Shown: one piece after another, positions 61,662-64,000 of the stretch
Layout of the letters: every line of letters begins with the position of its first letter
Numbering within the stretch: position 1 is the first letter of the stretch
Source of the DNA: an uncultured Peptococcaceae bacterium
Lineage (GTDB): Bacteria > Bacillota > Peptococcia > Peptococcales > Peptococcaceae
Length of the DNA: 64,000 nt
Reading direction: 5' to 3'
NCBI GenBank assembly: GCA_958451915.1
Contig: CAUDRX010000001.1
Location: 31,381-95,380, forward strand
Program-made: the position numbers and the translations under genes
Notes under the pieces: generated by a model
Databases searched by the model: none
Told to the model about the DNA's origin: nothing
What the model saw: the letters and a program-made list of their open reading frames with translations, nothing else

Positions 61662-62717
61662 TGCGAGCGTGTTTCGTGCTTCGGCCAGGAGTGCCTGGAA
61701 TTCGTCACTCTCACGCAGAAAGTCGTATTCCGGCTGGGTCTGGAGTTCACGCAGAAAGACGGTGCGCACCGATGGTCCGGCATCCGGCAGTTTGCCGGCT
61801 TCGGCGAGATGGCGAAAATGGGCGCAGGTGCTGCCGTCCCAGGTCTCGCCGAGGATGTCGAAGATGTGCCGGATATGGGCGAGGGCAGCATCACGATCCT
61901 GCTTGTGGAGGGCGAGAACAAGCTGCGAGCTTTCGCTTTCGTGTGGCCAGAGGCCGAAGCACTCGGCGAGGGTGCTGGCGAGATCTGCGACGGCTTGTGC
62001 ATCGGCCGGGCGATCACTCTTCACGTCATACTCAATGAGCTGCAGAAGATGGCTGTGCAGGAGCACGACCTTTGCGAGCACCTGCGATTCTGCCAGCAGG
62101 GCTGCTTCTTCGTAGCGGCCCTGCTGGCTCAGGAGTGAGAGCCACAGCATGTTTTTGTCGAAGGTGCCGTTGGGCAGTTGTTCGACCAGGCACTCTGCTT
62201 CATCATAGCGGCCTTCCTGAATGGCTTGAGTGGCGAGCTGGTAGCGGGCGGCGGTGCGAAAAGTGTCGTCGCCTTCTTCGGAGGCGCGTGTGAGCCAGTC
62301 GGTGATGGCTGCGCGCCAGGCGCTGTGCTCTGCTGCTTCGTCCGGATGGAGGGTGAGGGCGGCGGAGAGCATGGTGGCACAGGTATACAAAAGCGGAACA
62401 TCATGGGGGTAATCGCGGAGCTTTTTCTGTGCTTCAGCGAATGCATCTGCGATCTCACCGGCCATGGCACGGGCGTAGAGGGTGTTCACAAAATGGGTGA
62501 CTTCCTGCTCTGTGAGCGCTTCGTGGAAAGAGAAGAGGGTGTTCATGTCGATCTCAAGGAGCCGTGCCAATGCTGGCAGGAGCGTGATATCGGGCAGGCT
62601 CACGCCGCGCTCCCATTTGTTCACTGCCGGTGTGGTGACGCCGAGCGCTGTGGCGATCTGCTCTTGTGTAAGGTTATTTTCCTTGCGGTAGGTACGGATC
62701 TGTTCTCCAATGTTCAT
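61659..62717 (-). CDS. XRE-family HTH regulator with C-terminal helical-repeat (TPR-like) domain
   Basis: Start at MNIGEQIRTYRKENNLTQEQIATALGVTTPAVNKWERG after CAGGAGG. About 280 aa of alpha-helical repeat sequence follow. Confidence 0.8.
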   Translation of the reverse strand: MNIGEQIRTYRKENNLTQEQIATALGVTTPAVNKWERGVSLPDITLLPALARLLEIDMNTLFSFHEALTEQEVTHFVNTLYARAMAGEIADAFAEAQKKLRDYPHDVPLLYTCATMLSAALTLHPDEAAEHSAWRAAITDWLTRASEEGDDTFRTAARYQLATQAIQEGRYDEAECLVEQLPNGTFDKNMLWLSLLSQQGRYEEAALLAESQVLAKVVLLHSHLLQLIEYDVKSDRPADAQAVADLASTLAECFGLWPHESESSQLVLALHKQDRDAALAHIRHIFDILGETWDGSTCAHFRHLAEAGKLPDAGPSVRTVFLRELQTQPEYDFLRESDEFQALLAEARNTLA

Positions 62718-62836
62718 GAGATGACCTCCTGTGAAAATAATCAGGATCCTGTTGTGTTTATCATACCATGGCTTTACACGGAAAACCATTGAGCCGTCGT
62801 TATACGCACAGGCAAGTTTTTTAACCAGTGTTCAAT

Positions 62837-62864
62837 AAAAAAACCGCCGCATGCTGCGACGGTT
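62837..62864 (-). terminator. intrinsic terminator of the ArsR-nitroreductase operon
   Basis: On the minus strand: AACCGTCGC-agcat-GCGGCGGTT followed by TTTTTTT. Confidence 0.8.
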
Positions 62865-62870
62865 CTGTAC

Positions 62871-63542
62871 TCATAACCAGCGGAAGTTTTCGCGGCCGGC
62901 GCCAAGTTCAAAGTGGTATTTGACGATGCCGAGGTCCACTTTGCTGTAAAATCCGACGCCGGGCTTGACAGTGACGCGGTTGCTCTGGCGGGAAAAACAG
63001 AATCTCTGCTGATTGACGGCCGTTGGCGCGAGCAGGGCGTAGTGCAGGCCGCGCTGGTACCACTCTGGCATATTGTCTGTATCGTCGCAGACGGCATCGA
63101 GCGCTTTGCTTTTGTGCGGGGTGCCGGCTGTTGCACCATGGCCCAGGGCCAGTACGCAGACGAGTCTCTCGTTTTTGGCGATCTGACAATGGTTTTTGCT
63201 GGCGCTCTTGCTGAAGGTCAGTGCGACCCAGCAGGTGTTGAGACCGAGGGTTTGCGCCAGGAGCACCAGCCGTTCGCCGTAATAGCCGATGCGTTCATCG
63301 AGATCAGTGCTCTTCGGACCGATGAGTGCGATGAAGTGCTGCACATTGTCAAACTTGCCATAGTGGGCCAGGCGGCTTTCGAAGGCATCGGGCGCATCGG
63401 TGACAAGCTGGATGTGGAGATTGCCTTCGCGGTTGCAGACGGCGATCTCGCGCTCAAGCGCGAGGATGGTTTCGCCGGTTAATGGGGTTGACAGGAAACG
63501 GCGCACGCTGTGGCGCGCATCCATGGCTTCTAAAAGGGTCAT
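62871..63542 (-). CDS. nitroreductase family protein
   Basis: MTLLEAMDARHSVRRFLSTPL and a nitroreductase-like fold length (223 aa). Confidence 0.85.
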   Translation of the reverse strand: MTLLEAMDARHSVRRFLSTPLTGETILALEREIAVCNREGNLHIQLVTDAPDAFESRLAHYGKFDNVQHFIALIGPKSTDLDERIGYYGERLVLLAQTLGLNTCWVALTFSKSASKNHCQIAKNERLVCVLALGHGATAGTPHKSKALDAVCDDTDNMPEWYQRGLHYALLAPTAVNQQRFCFSRQSNRVTVKPGVGFYSKVDLGIVKYHFELGAGRENFRWL

Positions 63543-63913
63543 TCTTTTTCCTCCTCAAAACGGGGATAGCCATTGGCTTTTGCTGTGCGCACGGCCTCCA
63601 GTACCTGACCGATCAGCGCATACAGATCGGCCCAGTATTCTTCGTTGGTGGCGGCGTAGTAAAAATTTTTGGTGCCGATGCGATGCATCTCCACCAATCC
63701 GGACGCTTTGCGGATCTTCAGATGGCGGGAGAGTGCCGGACGGGAGAGATGGGTGCGCTGCATCAGTTCGGGCACACGCATGCCCTCGTGCACGTTTTCC
63801 AGCAATGCGAGAAAAATCTGCTGGCGGTGTTCGTCGCCGAGTGCGATCAGTACCTGGCGGGATGCGTTGAACCTTTCAGCCAGTAATTGGCGGTGGAAGT
63901 AGCAAGCGTTCAT
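63539..63913 (-). CDS. ArsR/SmtB-family transcriptional regulator
   Basis: Start at MNACYFH after GGAG. Winged HTH LALLENVHEGMRVPELMQRTHLSRPALSRHLKIRKASGLV. 4-nt overlap with the nitroreductase gene. Confidence 0.8.
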   Translation of the reverse strand: MNACYFHRQLLAERFNASRQVLIALGDEHRQQIFLALLENVHEGMRVPELMQRTHLSRPALSRHLKIRKASGLVEMHRIGTKNFYYAATNEEYWADLYALIGQVLEAVRTAKANGYPRFEEEKE

Positions 63914-64000
63914 GGTTGTCGCTCCGTTTCTGTGATCATTGGTTCTCATTATAACAGAATCGTGCGAACATGGTGCAATGGTAAAGAAAATAGAGACCAT

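Overview
64-kb chromosomal segment of a high-GC, Clostridia-type Firmicutes genome. Hand counts on 60-nt samples give roughly 55-62% GC. Supporting signs are Shine-Dalgarno-led genes, a T-box leader, SLH and copper-amine-oxidase-N-like (stalk) wall-anchoring domains, and a SCIFF-type radical SAM maturase. I call about 50 protein genes. Housekeeping genes include icd, serS, pheA, murB, sppA, pdxK, sdaAB/sdaAA, mltG, ribU, an LtaS-family enzyme, an OatA-like acyltransferase and an M16 peptidase. There is also a set of flavin/redox proteins and many signal-peptide surface proteins. I recognised no rRNA, tRNA, CRISPR array, transposase or integrase. The most notable observations are these. (1) A complete agr-type peptide quorum-sensing locus in non-canonical order (LytTR regulator, AgrC-like kinase, AgrB, 58-aa AgrD-like precursor). 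A 37-bp operator-promoter module is duplicated in front of agrBD and in front of a secreted papain-fold cysteine peptidase, all on a low-GC segment. (2) A serine-type T-box leader drives a SerA-like protein whose NAD-binding and catalytic residues are degenerate while its ACT domain is intact. It is followed without terminators by serS, a SCIFF-type radical SAM maturase with no precursor gene next to it, pheA and murB. (3) An FMN riboswitch upstream of ribU carries a 73-nt structured insertion in the normally 7-nt L2 loop. (4) A stand-alone consensus promoter plus intrinsic terminator unit (about 135 nt, candidate sRNA) sits in a 1-kb gene-free gap. (5) There are two decay scars: an alpha/beta hydrolase with an in-frame TAG, and a GtrA-like C-terminal remnant. 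Many long ORFs in the supplied track are antisense shadow ORFs of the high-GC genes and are rejected.
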